A stretch of DNA of 63,899 bases, filler included, from Gonapodya sp. JEL0774 (lineage: Eukaryota), in the NCBI GenBank assembly GCA_027604505.1. It is 3 parts of 3 records of this genome, joined end to end, with 100 filler letters (N's around TTAATTAATTAA, not from the genome) between each part and the next. Parts side by side here need not be neighbours in the genome. Positions count along the whole stretch, not along the records: positions 1 to 22,598 come from JADIIX010000240.1; positions 22,699 to 45,137 come from JADIIX010000241.1; 1 more part is not named here. One strand, written 5' to 3'. This document shows positions 10,827-23,258 of this stretch, piece after piece. A program made the translations under genes and the position numbers. Numbering within the stretch: position 1 is the stretch's first letter; each line of letters starts with the position of its first letter. Under the pieces are notes generated by a model. That model was not told where the DNA came from and searched no databases. It saw only the letters and a list, made by a program, of their open reading frames with translations.

Positions 10827-12835
10827 ATGGCTGGAATACGAGGAGAGCCAGACCTTGATATAGACGCGTGAGTGGGGCTGCCAGCTCTCGGCTGTTTGAA
10901 GTGAAAGGAGGCGTTAAGACTTCGCCTATATGCAGTGAAACAAAGAAAGCACTGAATACCCTGGCAGATTCCCGGACCGATCCATGTCAGTTCCTTATTC
11001 TTGATCCCCGACAACAAGGGATAGTTGTGCCACGCGACCAGCACAAAGCTGCGCAAAGATATCTCAACAAGCTGTACGTGGACGGGATGGTGAATCTCCG
11101 GAATCTTAACAACAATGAGCGCGACAAAATGGTCGCTAGGGTATTTGCGCAAATCTATTCGAACGCTCACCTGGAAGAGGGTCCTCGGCGGGTTAGTCGG
11201 TTGCCGCCAAGAGAACGGGAGACAATTCTGCATGATCCGTGAGCCATTCACCATACCTTTGAAGAAATATTTTCCGGCGCGAAACCTTTTGCATTTTTGC
11301 AGCGCGATTCAGAAGGTCCTTACGTGCAGTCGGCCGGGAAACAAGGATGACCCAAAAGCAATCCAGAGACAGGCATTCATCAACACTATAATGCCTCCAT
11401 CAGAGGACTTGCAATTTGATGAACATACAGCAAAGGTTGTCGCGGAAGTCGTCACCTCGGCGAAGAATGGAGTACCCCCGTCTCTCTGTGCAGAGACTTC
11501 TGGAGAGACCACCGAACAGTTTCGTGCGAACTATGTCAACAGGTACAGACGCCTCAACCACGGAATTGGGTCGTTGTGAGTGATTCCTTGCCACTGCAAT
11601 TTGCCTCACGTCTCAATATCTTCATGTGGAATGGGCAGTTATGACCGAACCCGCCTCGTAAATGCACGAGACCTCAACCAAGGGGAGGGCTTTGTTCAAA
11701 AGCACACGGTTGGATTGTTTGAAGACCTTACTATGGAGCCCCACCATGCAATCAGAGTCTGCTGGAACCAGACCACTCCTGACCGAGTGAGCCACCATGA
11801 GAGGAGGGACACCAGCATTTATGTGCAGTTTCAAGTGGCAGATTTAGCCCATCCATCCAGCATGCGCACTGCCCATGTCAATGTGTGTGGGATCGAAGCG
11901 AAGCACGGAACCAATCCTGACAGGGAAAACGACTTCGTGAAATCTGCTTCCGACGCTGCTCGTTCTGTGCGCTTGTGTCGCACACTGGTTGGATCAAAGG
12001 AGGATGTTCTCGAAACAATCTTTGTGCTGGTAGTAGGATCTTCTCTGGACATCTACGTGACGAGGGAGCCATTTGGATCCAGTGGGATAGCGGTGACCCA
12101 ACTGTTGATCAGCTTGCAGTTTCCGACCACTGAGGATGAGTTCTCAGTCAAGAGCGTCAGTAAAATAGTGGGTGCAGCTCTTGCCGTGGGTCGACGGATC
12201 ATGAAAGTAGTGAACATTTTGGGGATCCGGGACAATGTGCAGCCAAAGGATGTGCTCCTAGAGGCTGAGGCTGATAAATCTCTTTTATTCTCTCTTTCTG
12301 ACGATGGGAGCGAGGAAGGGCTGGAAAATGATGACACAGGTGGAACATTCCCTTCATCTGAAGTTGAGGAGGACCACAGTGTTGTGTCAGAAGAAGAAGT
12401 CCTGCTTGAATCTGTGCTTGGGAGGCCTTGCAAAAACTTTAATTGTCTTCAAGGCGTTTGCGTGCTCCCCATGTTCCCCATGTTCCGGCGGTGGTGAAAA
12501 CATTAAGAGCAGTGAGAGGCTTGGTTGGGGGAATCACGAGCGCGAGCGGAAGGTGAGTGAGAACACAGTTGTGTCACGAGGTTGCGGACACACATTTTCA
12601 CAGAAGCTCTACCGCATCTGCGATTCCCCGAGACAGCCAGAATCAGCGTCTTGACAGGACTCCAAAATTGCCTCGACAGGCCTTTGTCCGCTCAAGGGTA
12701 AACCGAGGTCGCCAGCCCCAACCTACAGCTCTGAGGTTGGAAGTACCAGGAGAATCAGCAGCAGGTCGGAACAACAGTGCCGTGAATCCGTATGTTCCTG
12801 TTGACCACATGTATCTTCCTGGCCTTTCTTTGTAA
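10827..12835 (+). CDS. PD-(D/E)xK restriction-endonuclease-like protein (Crinkler REase-type), multi-exon
   Basis: Phase-consistent introns at 10868-10935, 11192-11312 and 11576-11638, with further 3' introns. Motif order EGFVQKH...CWNQT...ERRDTSI...CGIEAK...DFVKS...VLVVGSSLDIYV...LQFPTT matches fungal PD-(D/E)xK REase domains. Confidence 0.6.
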
Positions 12836-13148
12836 TTCTATTTTGTGAAGTGCCTTAGAAGCTAGGGAGTCGCCTCTGTTGTCTTTGCACACGCCAGAAC
12901 CCAGACAGCGGGGGAGACCAGATGGGCTGCCTCCACCAATTCCACGAAAAGGGCAAAGCTCCAAGTCGATCCATTGATGTAGAAGTGAAGAGGACCTTCT
13001 TGGGGAGAGATGGTAGGCTGGTACGTGTTTCTAAGTGTTTTTGGAGCCTTCGCATATTGGTCGCCTGCCTATCACGGCAACGTAGTACTGCACCAGGAGC
13101 CTATCTTGATGGCATTATAAAATGCAAGGGATTACATCTGAGTTCACT

Positions 13149-13572
13149 AATCCCACCTCACCAAACTGTCACTAATCTGAGTAGATTGGTGACAACCGTC
13201 GGCTTGGCTTCACCACTATCCATCATAAATCCTCGCTCTCTGAATTTCTATATGACAGCTTTTCCTCGCCGATTTCCCTAATTGAAGGTTGTATGGGATC
13301 AATAACATAGATAGCAAAGAAAGGAATGAAGAAGATCTTGTAATACTCGTGGGTGAGAGTGTCACAAATTCCTGTGTGATCTACGGTGCATGATCTACTC
13401 GCAATTTACGCAAATGCAGACGGATGCCCACGCAAAGGAAAACTAGATTCCCTGTCTCCAGTCCACACTATTGTAAGGTAAACAGTGCATTCAAATAGCA
13501 ATATGGTACTTGTGCGACTCAACGATACAAAAGCAAATTTATCCCCTTCCCGCATACTGCGACACTTTGTTT
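13149..13572 (+). repeat. Direct repeat copy 2; overlaps the stop codon and 3' UTR of the coiled-coil gene
   Basis: Same blocks as 7648-8000 plus extra sequence around 13355-13455. Its right end encodes ...NKVSQYAGRG* on the minus strand. Confidence 0.95.
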
Positions 13573-16500
13573 CTACTACTTGATTCAGCCATCGCCCTGG
13601 AACCACTCGCAACCTTTCGTGAACCCAAACTGAGATCACCTTTGCTCACACCCTTTTTATCCCTGGTGTTGTCCCTTTCCTTTTCCCGGATTCTGTCTGC
13701 CTTCTCTCGTTGCCTCTCCCGTTCTCTTTCCAGGTCCCTTGACCTCAAGTATCCATCGGATTCATCGCTTCCGTACATGTCAATCACAGAGTGAACGTCT
13801 CGGGTTGTAGAGGGTTGTCGGCGAAGCTTTGCGTGCGAGGAGGAAAATCTACGGTCAAGTACGTCTTCGTTGTCTCCGGTAAGGTCTCGAGTGCTGCGAG
13901 CGCTTTGACGCCCTAGTGAATCATTTCTTCTTACTGGAGAGGGTACCGCAAGGTGAATCTTTGATGAAGTTCCACGAGGAGCATTGTCAGTCTCGGAAGC
14001 TCGCTTGCTGACAGACGGTGTTGTTCGGGCGAGGGCTTCCGACTCCGATACCGATGAGAGCGAGGAGCCTTGATGTCGCAGCTTGGAAGGGGCTCTCTGA
14101 GCGCTGGATCGTCCCGGGTAAGGCAGTCGTCCAATCGACAGTGTAGATGATCCAGAGCCTGTGACTTCTTTATCACCTTGGGATCTTCCGTTTGGTGCTT
14201 TGTCGATTACTTTCTCCAAAACCCTCATGGAGGAGCCAAGCTCGGCTTTGCTACTGTCTCGAGCCTGCTTCGCCAAATCCCGCTCCAACCATTCGAGTTT
14301 GTCGATCGATCGTCGGGACCGTTCAACATCTCGATCCCGATCCCGATCCATTTCACGCTCCGAAGGGCGGCGTTCCATGCGAGAAGAGGCTTCTCGGTGC
14401 CGAGATTCGCTTCGGGTGGCAGCGTGCTTGAGAAGCTTATACTTTTCCAAGATGCGTTCAGCTTTGCGGCGCTCTCTGGCGACCTCCTCTTCAAGACGTT
14501 CACGGGAAGTCTTTGGGACATACTCGCGATCCTATTTATTAGATTACCATGTATAAAATCGGTTCATTGATCGTCAAATGCACAGTTTCGAGTGACCCTG
14601 TCTTGATACTGAGTACTCACCGACAAATAGTCCTCGTCCAGTTCTACATTCCTGGTCGAAGAAGTTTCGGCCTTTGGTTCTATTTTCTTCGACCGTTCCG
14701 CAATTTCTGGTCTTCCAGTTGAAGCTCCGCGCTTTAATGCTCGGATTTGCTCCTCGAGCTCCTTAACCTTCTTCTCGCTTGATCCCTTCTTCTCCTCGGA
14801 AGCTTTTTTGACACTTTCCACAAACGCTGTCAGATATTTCTTGACTTCTGCGCGCCGCTTTGTCGGATCTTTTGGAATGGGACCCGTCGAAGCGTCGGGC
14901 GAAAGAGACCTCAAGGTTTCAAGTTCTGCCAGCAAGTACTCATTGTTTTCTCTCGGGGCACCACCAGATTCTGGCAAATCATCATCACTGACACCTCGTG
15001 TCAGGGCTGCTTCACTGTTCTCTTCATCGGCCGCCTCATCAGCTTGCTGCATATTCTCCATTGCAGATGTGAGTTCCTGAATACGCGAGTCCCGCTCAGC
15101 GATAGCGGAATCACGCTCGCGGAGTAAGAGCTCTTTCTCCTTCAACTGGAAGTCACGCTCTTTCATTTCGGATTCTTTCGTTCGCAAGAGTGCTTCCGTC
15201 GATTGAATTTGGGACTGACGTTCTCGCAAAAGCAAGTCTCTTTCCTTCAAGGAAGAGTCCTTTTCGGCGACTGCTGATAGACTATCTCGAATCACGATAT
15301 CTTTCTCTTGAATCTGCTTGTCCTTTTCTTCAACTTGCAAAGACTTCATTCTTAGTGCCTCTTGAAGTCGGGAAAGTTCTGATTGGACCGTGGACAAACG
15401 GTGTTGAAGTTCAGGTATCTGCGTTTCCTCGACTTGTATACGATTAAGCCTCTCCTCGTTCCCTTTACGCTGCTCTCGGACAAGATCATTCTGAGCGTTG
15501 AAAAGATCCGTGTTCGCCTTTTGAACTTCTTCTAGCCGCCTAGCAAGCTCGGAGCGGAGACCTTTGACTTCGTTTTCCTTTGAAGCTAACTCCTGGACCA
15601 GGTCATTTTGCTTTGTTTGAAGCGCTACAAGGTCTGTCTTGTGTTTGGTCGCTCGTGCTTCCGCTTCAATCAAATTGTTCTTTGTTTGGTCCGAATCAGC
15701 TGCGTGAACATCGAGAGATTTCTTCAGCACCTCGCTCTCGGACATGAGCCTCCGTATTTGTGCGTCAGCAACCGCTTGCGCAGCTCGGACGTTCTCTTCA
15801 CATGTTCTCAATTTGTCTTCAAGGGAAGTGCGTTCCGCCACCAAGCTTTCAACGCGCTTCCTGAAATCTTCCACAGTCAGATTGAGATCCTGGATTGTCT
15901 GAACATATTTGACCTCAGACACTTGAAGGTTGGATAGTTGATCCGTTTTCTCCTTGAGAGCCATTTCCATCCCCCGAATATAGTTGTTGCGGTCCGAAAC
16001 AATGGATTCCAAGTTCGAGATCTTCTGCTTCAATTCCGCTAGAAACGCTTCCCGATCTTGAATCACTCTGGTCTTTTCTTGTACGAGTTTGTCCATGTCT
16101 GAAAGTTTCTTCGAAGTGGGTTCCAAATGTCGTTGCAGGCCCCTCTCCACTGCTTCCAGCACATGTACGCGCCTTACGAGCTCACCATTGTCAGATATGG
16201 CCCTGTCTGCGAGCGATTTCATCTCTTCTTTCATGGTCAGATTGGCCGCTTCGAGCGCTGCTGCCTTCCGCTTGGCTTCCTCGCAAGTGGCGGCTTGATG
16301 CTGCAGCTGATCTTGAAGTTTGGCTTTCTCGTGCTGCAGACGCTGAGTTTCGGTTGTGAGCCTCGTTTGAGCGTCGTGCACTTGCTGTCGGAGGACACCT
16401 TTTGCAGCGTCCAGTTCGGCGTCAAAGTTGGCGAGGCGCTTTTGAATGTGCTGAAGCTCTGCATCCTTCTCTGCTATCGAGGTAGCCGCCTTCGTTTTCA

Positions 16501-19500
16501 CCTTCTCAATCATTCCGGAGATGTCCGCGGCATTATCTTCCGCTTCTCTCTTCTGCTTCTCGAGCTTACGAATGATCATTGACATGTCATCTTCTTTCTC
16601 CTTCACCGCACGCTCGGTATCGCGGGCGGTTAAAGACAACTTGTCCTGAAGATCTAGAATTTCCTTTTCAAGTTGCTTGCGACGTTTAAGAGCTTCTGCC
16701 AGGTTCGATTCGTGTTCAGCTATGGCGAGTGCATTCTCCTTTGCGGCTTCCTCTAACTTAGAAACTCGCGACACCAGTTCCACCGCCTGCAGTTCACGAG
16801 TGGCAAGTTGGGTCTTGAAATCAGACACAGCGCGCGTTGCCGCTTCTAACGCTGATTTGGCCTCCGTGCACTCCGTGGAAAGAGTTCCCAGCTGCTTCCT
16901 TGCCTCTGCGAGATCCGACGACAGCGCCTCTGTCTTCGAAGTAAGCTCTCTGATTGTCTCTTCTCGCTTGCGTACCTCCCCAAATGCTTTGATTTCGAGA
17001 TGTTGCTGTTGGGTAGTCGCTTGCCACAGCTTCTCTGATCGAGTGGACAGCTCCTCTTCGAGCTCGGCAATCCGTCGTTTGTCCATGCCAGAGAGTACCT
17101 CCAACTCTTCTGCGCGCGCAGACTCCCCAGCAAGCTTTGCCTCCATTTGAGATATTTGGCTCTCCGCGGCCTCCAATTGAGCGGTCACTGAAAGCAGCTG
17201 GCCTTCCATGGCTTTGAGTTCTTCAATGAAGTCTTGTTCGCGTTTGGCCGCCCTCCGCTCTAATTCCTCGGCACGGCGGTTTGCCTCTGCAACGCGACCT
17301 TCAAAGGTTGCTGTCGATCTCTCAACAGAGTGGAGTTCATCCTCCCGCATTTGCATCTGCTCATCCTTTACACGAGATTCTGCCCTCGCATCCTCCAGTT
17401 GAAGCTCCCGTTCTGCGAGCGCCTTCTGTCGTTCGTCAGCCAGTTCCATCGCACGCCGGACTTCCGCAGAAAGCTCGGCGTGCTTCACTTCTGCCATTGC
17501 AATCTGTCGGTGCAGGTCTTGCAGGGTTTGGGTCATGCCGCTCCGTTGCCCGTCTCTATCTGCGACAGCATGCTGAAGAACCGAGATGGCCTTTTGCAGT
17601 GCGGCGGTGTTGGCCGAACTGTCGATCAACTTGGAGTTTGCTGCCGCGAGTTCTGTAGTAAGAGATGAAACAGTTTTTTCAAGTCCCGCCTGTGCCTCCT
17701 TGAACCTGGCGGCAGCATCCGCCATCTTCCCCTCCAGGCGCTCTCGATCTTGAGCCATTGCGGTGATCTGCTCTTCGTACGAGCGAACCCTCACTTCCGC
17801 CTCCATGACACCCCTGCTGACAGTCTCGTAGCCCTCACGCTGTTCCGAGACACACCGCTCGAGCTGCTTTCGCGTCTCTTCGAGTCCATCGACCGTTCGC
17901 TTGAGCTCTGCGATAGCGGCGTCGCGATCCTGGATTGCCTGCTGTGTGGCCCGAAGTTTCCGTGCGACATCTTTCAGTTTGGTGTCCTTTTCCGCGCTGA
18001 TTGCGTGCAGGTCCCGAACAGTGCGGTTCAGAGATGCCACCAAGGCATCCCGGTCCTGAGGTTTGGCCACCTGGACCGGAGCTCCATTCACCACGTGCTC
18101 AGTGTCCTTTTCGGCACCGGGGGCGTCTGCCGCAGCCCCACCTGTCAACTCCGCAATCAATCTGTCTTGTCGAGCAACCACCGCAGAGCACCGTTCATTA
18201 TCCGCAAGGAGCGACTGGACCTTCTTGTCCCTCGCCGCAGACTCCACCTTGGCGGAATCGAGATGGCGTGTGAGTTGTTCGACCTTGGCCTCGAGCTCCT
18301 TCACGACACCCTTGGCCTGCTTCTTCTCCTCCTCGAGCTTGGCGACGTGCGCTTCCAACTCCCCAAGTCGGGTGCTCGCCTTCTCCAAATCCGCATAGAG
18401 CACGCCCGCTCTGGTATCGGTCTCGTCGGCCTTGCGGAGCAGAACCGAGTGGTCCTTGCGGAGCGCCTCGAGAGCTTCGGTACGAAGCTGATTGCCTCGC
18501 TGGAGTTCGGAGATGTACGTGGCCTTGTCGGAGAGTTGCGACTGCAGAGCGGTGACGACGGCTAAGGAAGGTGCGATATACGGTGGATGATGTGAACGGG
18601 TTAACAACCAACCACCTTCAAACACGAAAAAAGGAACGCGGCTCGAAAAACGTACCTTCCATCCCTTCCACAGTCCTATGCGCCTCACCCGCCGCCCCCT
18701 CCAACTCCTCCACTCGTGCCTTGAGCACCTCCAGCCTCCTCTCCCTCTCTGCCCCTCGCTCCCCTTCCCTCCTCAACGCCTCCTTGGCCCCCGACAGGGC
18801 CTGATCCCTCCCGGACAGCAACTCCTCCGCCGTGGCCAGCCTCGACTCGAGCGAGGACACGGCCGCGTCCCGGGCCGCCAGGGCCAGTCTGGCCTCGTCG
18901 GCCTGGTCACGGAACCTGGCCGCGGTTTGGGCCTCTTGGTCGGCCCTCGCCCGAGCACCGTCCCGATCCCGCTCCGCGCGAGCGGTGGCTTCCACCTCGG
19001 CCTGCACCGCCGCTTCCAACTCGGACACTTTTGCCTCCAACTCCACGATCCGCCCACCGTACTCGCCGGACCTCCTCAACCCCTCTCTCAACCCGTCCAT
19101 CTCCCGCTCCCTCTCGGACACCTTCTTCTCCGCCTCCCGCAGCTCCGCCGACAGGTCCTCTATGCGCGCTTTTGCCGCGTCGATCTGCGCCATGTGCCGT
19201 CCGCGCGCGGCGTCGGACAAGTCGCGGAGTTCGGCCAGCTGGGCATCTCGGGCAGACAGAAGCGAGGCCAGCTCGGTCCGGGCGTGGTGGGAGGCGGACT
19301 GGTCGGCGCGGAGGGAGGTGAGTGTGGTTTCGAGGTTGGCCAGGCGGGATTGGAGGGACACCTGGGGCGGTGTCGTGCGGCGATTTTATACGGTGGAACG
19401 AAGTCGAAAGAGCAAAGTCAGACCAACGTTCACAGATCCACAGAGCAAGCCAACTCACAATCTCCTTCTTCGCCTCATCCCCCTCCCTCCTCCTGGCCTC

Positions 19501-22307
19501 CTCCACCCCTTCCAACTCCCACCTCACCCTGTCCGCCCCCTCCTCTTCTCTCTCCGCCCTCTTCCTCGCGGCCTCCATCTCTCTCCTCGCGTCCTCCACC
19601 TCGACCTGCCTCGACCGCAACGCCTCCACCAACTTATCCACCGCATCGTCCCGCTCGGCCAGCGTCGCCCTCACGTGGTCCATCTCCTTTCTCGCCCCGT
19701 CCAACTCGTCCGTCACCGCCTTGGCACCCTCGAGCAACCCTTGCCTCTCCTTCCGCCACGCCTCCCTCTCCCCCTCCATCTCCCCCCTCACCCGCGCCTC
19801 CCTCTCCATAGCCTCCTCGGCCCTCTTGGCCAACACCTCCTGCGCCTTGTCCGCCGACGCCGCCGCCAGCCTCGCCATATCCCGCGCGTGGTCCTCCCTC
19901 ACTGCCGCCAGATCCCCGGCGTGGGCGTGCCTCAGGTGCGCCAGCATGGTGTCGTGCGACACCCTGAGCGCGTTCATCTCCGCTTCGTGCGCCCCCGTCA
20001 TCTGCGCGACCTGGGCCGTGTGCTGCGCCTCCCGGTCCGCCTTGTCCCGCTCGGCCTGCCCCGCGATCCTGTCCACCTCGGCCCTCGCCGCCGCCACAGC
20101 CTCGTCCCTCTCCTTGCTCGTCTCGTCCCTGGTCCTCGCCACCTCCCTCTCCATCTCCCCCCTCACCCTCTCCACCTCCCTCTCCGCCTCTTTCCTCCCC
20201 CTCTCCCCCTCCTCCACCCTCTCCCTCGCCTCCTTCTCCACCCTCCTCACCCTCTCCCCAGCCTCTGCCTCTGCCTTGCGCAACCCATCCTCGTGCCTGC
20301 CGAGCGCCTCGACCAACCCTTCCCGCTCGTCCTCCCAGGCGCGCGATAGGGCCTCCACCTCGCTTTCCCGGGCCCGAGACGCGGCCACGAGGGCACGGAG
20401 ATCGTCTTCGCGCTGGGACAGGGCGGATCGGGCCGCGGCAAGTTCGGATCGGAGGTGGGCCACTTGGGCAGGGACAGACGGTGCCGCGGTGGTGGGGGTG
20501 GAGGCGGATACGGCGTACCTGCTCGTCACCCCACCCGCTCCGCTCGACACGGTCCGTGTCCTGCTCCTCATCCTCTCCCTCTCCCTCCCGCCCTCCCCTG
20601 CCCCCGCTTCCCCGTCCCCGCCCACGCTCACCCCCGACACCATGGCCAACCCCCTGGGGACCGACTCGTCCGCGATGGGCTTCCCGGCCACCGACAAGGC
20701 CAGCGACACCGACTCTGTGGTCGACTGGGACGGTATGGTGGCGAGTTTGGCGGGCGGGGACAGGGACAGGGATAGGGACACGGGTCGGGGACGCGCGGGG
20801 TGGTGGTGGTGGGCGCTGGTGGCGGTGCGTGAGGCGGGCGCACCAGAACCAGACACACGGGCCGGCGTGAGCTCCGAGTCCTCTTGTCCTTGCCCGTCCT
20901 CCTGTCCACCACCATCGACCACACGGCCCACCCCGTCACCGTCACCGTCCCCGCTCCCCTCCCCGCCCGTCTCCGCTTCCTCCACAGCGACATCCCTCGT
21001 ACCCTGCGCGTACCCCGCAGCAGATGGGGACCGGGACCGGCCGCGGGCCGTGGAGGGAGGTGTGAGGCGGGACGGCTGGGGGTGGGGGGTGGGGTGGTGC
21101 AGGTGTGTGGGTGGGAGGGTGTGGGGAAGGTGGAGAGCGGGGTGGGATGGGGGATGGGGGATGGGGAGGACGGTGGTGAGTGGGGAACGGTACACAATAA
21201 CGCACGCGCACGCGGCGCGGACACAAACACAACACCAGGAACACAACAACACACAAAACACGCAAAACACACACAACAACAAAAANNNNNNNNNNNNNNN
21301 NNNNNNNNNNNNNNNNNNNNNNCCCCCCCCGGTCGGGGGAACCCGTCCCATGTGCCTTCATGTCTTCAAAGACATTTACAGTGCGAGCGTCACAATTCAT
21401 GTCCCCGGTCCCGGTCCCGGTTCAGGCGGCCAAGCGGCTCACGGTCCTTGTCTCCGCACCCCACCCCACAAGGCACCGGTCCTCGGGGGGGATCTGATCT
21501 GGATCGGGCGTGGCCTTGTCCCGGTGTGTGTGTGTGTGCCGGCATCCAGATCAGATCCCTCAAAACCACAGTGCCTTCCCTCCGTCCCGCTTCCCGTCCC
21601 CCACCCGCACCGGCACCGGCCATGTCACCCACCTTGACCCCCCCCTTCACCACTCCTATCCCGGTACCGGGTCCGGTTCCTGCGCCTCCTCCTGCACCCT
21701 GGGCCTGGGCCACGGGAATCCCCGATGCGGGACGGGACTTGGTCACGGGTGAGGATGGGGAGGATGGGGAGGGAGGTGTGGATGAGGGAGATGAGGGTGC
21801 GGGTATGTGGGACTTGTGAGTGGTCGTGCGGGACGAGGACTGGGACGTGGGTGTGGACGCAGCGTTGGGTGCAAGAGAGGCGGACGGGGAGGGCGATGCG
21901 TACATGCCGATGATGTTGGTGAGGGATGTGGAGCGGAGGGTGTCTGGGTCGATGGAATGGGAGGGGGAGGGTGAGGTGTGCGTCGCCCCGTCCCGGCCGC
22001 GGACACCGGCACCGGCACCGGCGGCACCTGTTGTGCGGGGTGGTGAGGAGGACAGAGGAGTGGGTCGGGCTGTGGCGGTGGTTGTGGTTGCCGGTGCGTG
22101 GGATGGGGAGGTGGAACGAGACGGAGCAGGTGCGGTGGAGGACGAAGTGGGAGCGACCGAGACCTTTCCGCGGGGGGAGGGGTACGAGTAAGAGTAGGAA
22201 GAGGGTGACATTTCACGGTCGCGGTCGCGGGTGGAGGGTGAGTGAGGGGCAGGGGTGGGCGAAGGGGACCTGGACCTGGGTCTGGTGCTGCTGCTGGTGC
22301 GGGTCAC
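13539..22307 (-). CDS. Very large coiled-coil protein (~2,700 aa) with low-complexity termini; 5' end uncertain
   Basis: ORFs 21390..22307, 18907..21351, 18618..19361, 14564..18688 and 13539..14450 join through introns at ~19363-19459, ~18564-18654 and ~14535-14620. The E/K/R/A/L-rich heptad pattern is continuous, and no motor or catalytic domain is visible. Confidence 0.75.
21286..21322. other. Assembly gap (37 N)
   Basis: Run of N flanked by low-quality AC/C-rich sequence. Confidence 1.
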
Positions 22308-22598
22308 TCTGTCGGGCTGAGCCGCCGGCCGGACCGTGTCCTGGGTGTCCTGAGACGATGCCCTGGAGTGGAATCTTGAGTTTGAGAGTGACTTTGCCGC
22401 CCTGGATTTGGGAGAGTGTGGAGAGTCGTCGGGGGGAGGTGAGGAGTTGCGCTTTGGTACTGCGGGACGGAGACCATTGTCAGGGGGAGAGAAGCCAATG
22501 GGAGCGAATATTGCGGACCAGCCCGAGGAAGAGCGGGAGTGAGAGTTTTGTGGTTTTGAGGAGGGGGAAGGAGGGTTAGGGGAGGGAGAGGGAGAGGG

Positions 22599-22698
22599 NN
22601 NNNNNNNNNNNNNNNNNNNNNNNNNNNNNNNNNNNNNNNNNNTTAATTAATTAANNNNNNNNNNNNNNNNNNNNNNNNNNNNNNNNNNNNNNNNNNNN
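22599..22698. other. Artificial contig linker (44 N + TTAATTAATTAA + 44 N)
   Basis: Exactly 100 bp, with a six-frame stop spacer at 22643-22654. Confidence 0.97.
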
Positions 22699-23258
22699 TA
22701 CAAGGCTGGAAAAATATTGTCAAAGTAAGAGGTTCCAACCCTCACTTAAGTGACGCTCAGGGGGGAAGGGGTTAACAGAAACGCTGGCACGATGTGCTCA
22801 TCTTCACACGGAACACTCGGCACAAGTTTCAAGAACATTTCTATGCATTTGCGAATGAAAGATACAAGTACATTCAAGCGAATGAACGATAGTGAATTCA
22901 AGTAGAAATTTTGAGTCTGGAATTAGGCCAAATAATACACCATCTTGCCTTTGCCCTCATTTTGCCGTGATTTGCCGAGGGTCGTCATCCTCCTTTATTG
23001 TCTTTCTCCTTAACTTCCAAGTAGGACGGTCGCTCCAAGGCGGTCTCAGGAGGAACGATGGTCGCGCAATCTCCTCTTCTAACTCTAACGTAAGCGGCGG
23101 ACAATGGGTGAAGACGTGAAGCTGCATTTCGGCTGACTTGCACACAACTTGCCTGGCTGTTCCATCGGGGTTTTCCCACGCCTGCTCACGGGATGTGTGT
23201 TCTGGCTGACGTATCTCGTCAACTGACATGATTTCCCCCTTCCTGGCGAGCTGAAAGT

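Noticed and set aside
7648..13572. Direct repeats read as LTRs of a retrotransposon
   Set aside because: There are no TG...CA termini, no PBS/PPT and no gag/pol remnants, and one copy is the 3' end of a host gene.
18678..21637. Long plus-strand ORFs (377, 505 and 771 aa) opposite the coiled-coil gene
   Set aside because: These are antisense shadows of GC-rich coding sequence, giving Ser/Leu/Pro-rich translations with no domain signal.
22643..22654. TTAATTAATTAA palindrome inside N runs (also 45182-45193)
   Set aside because: The identical 44N-12-44N layout occurs twice. It is an artificial six-frame-stop contig linker, so gene adjacency across these joins is not guaranteed.
22725..22739. 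GTAAGAGGTTCCAAC near a contig end resembles cloning-vector cat promoter sequence or a tRNA B-box
   Set aside because: It is only 15 nt, the flanks do not continue the match, and no cloverleaf can be folded.
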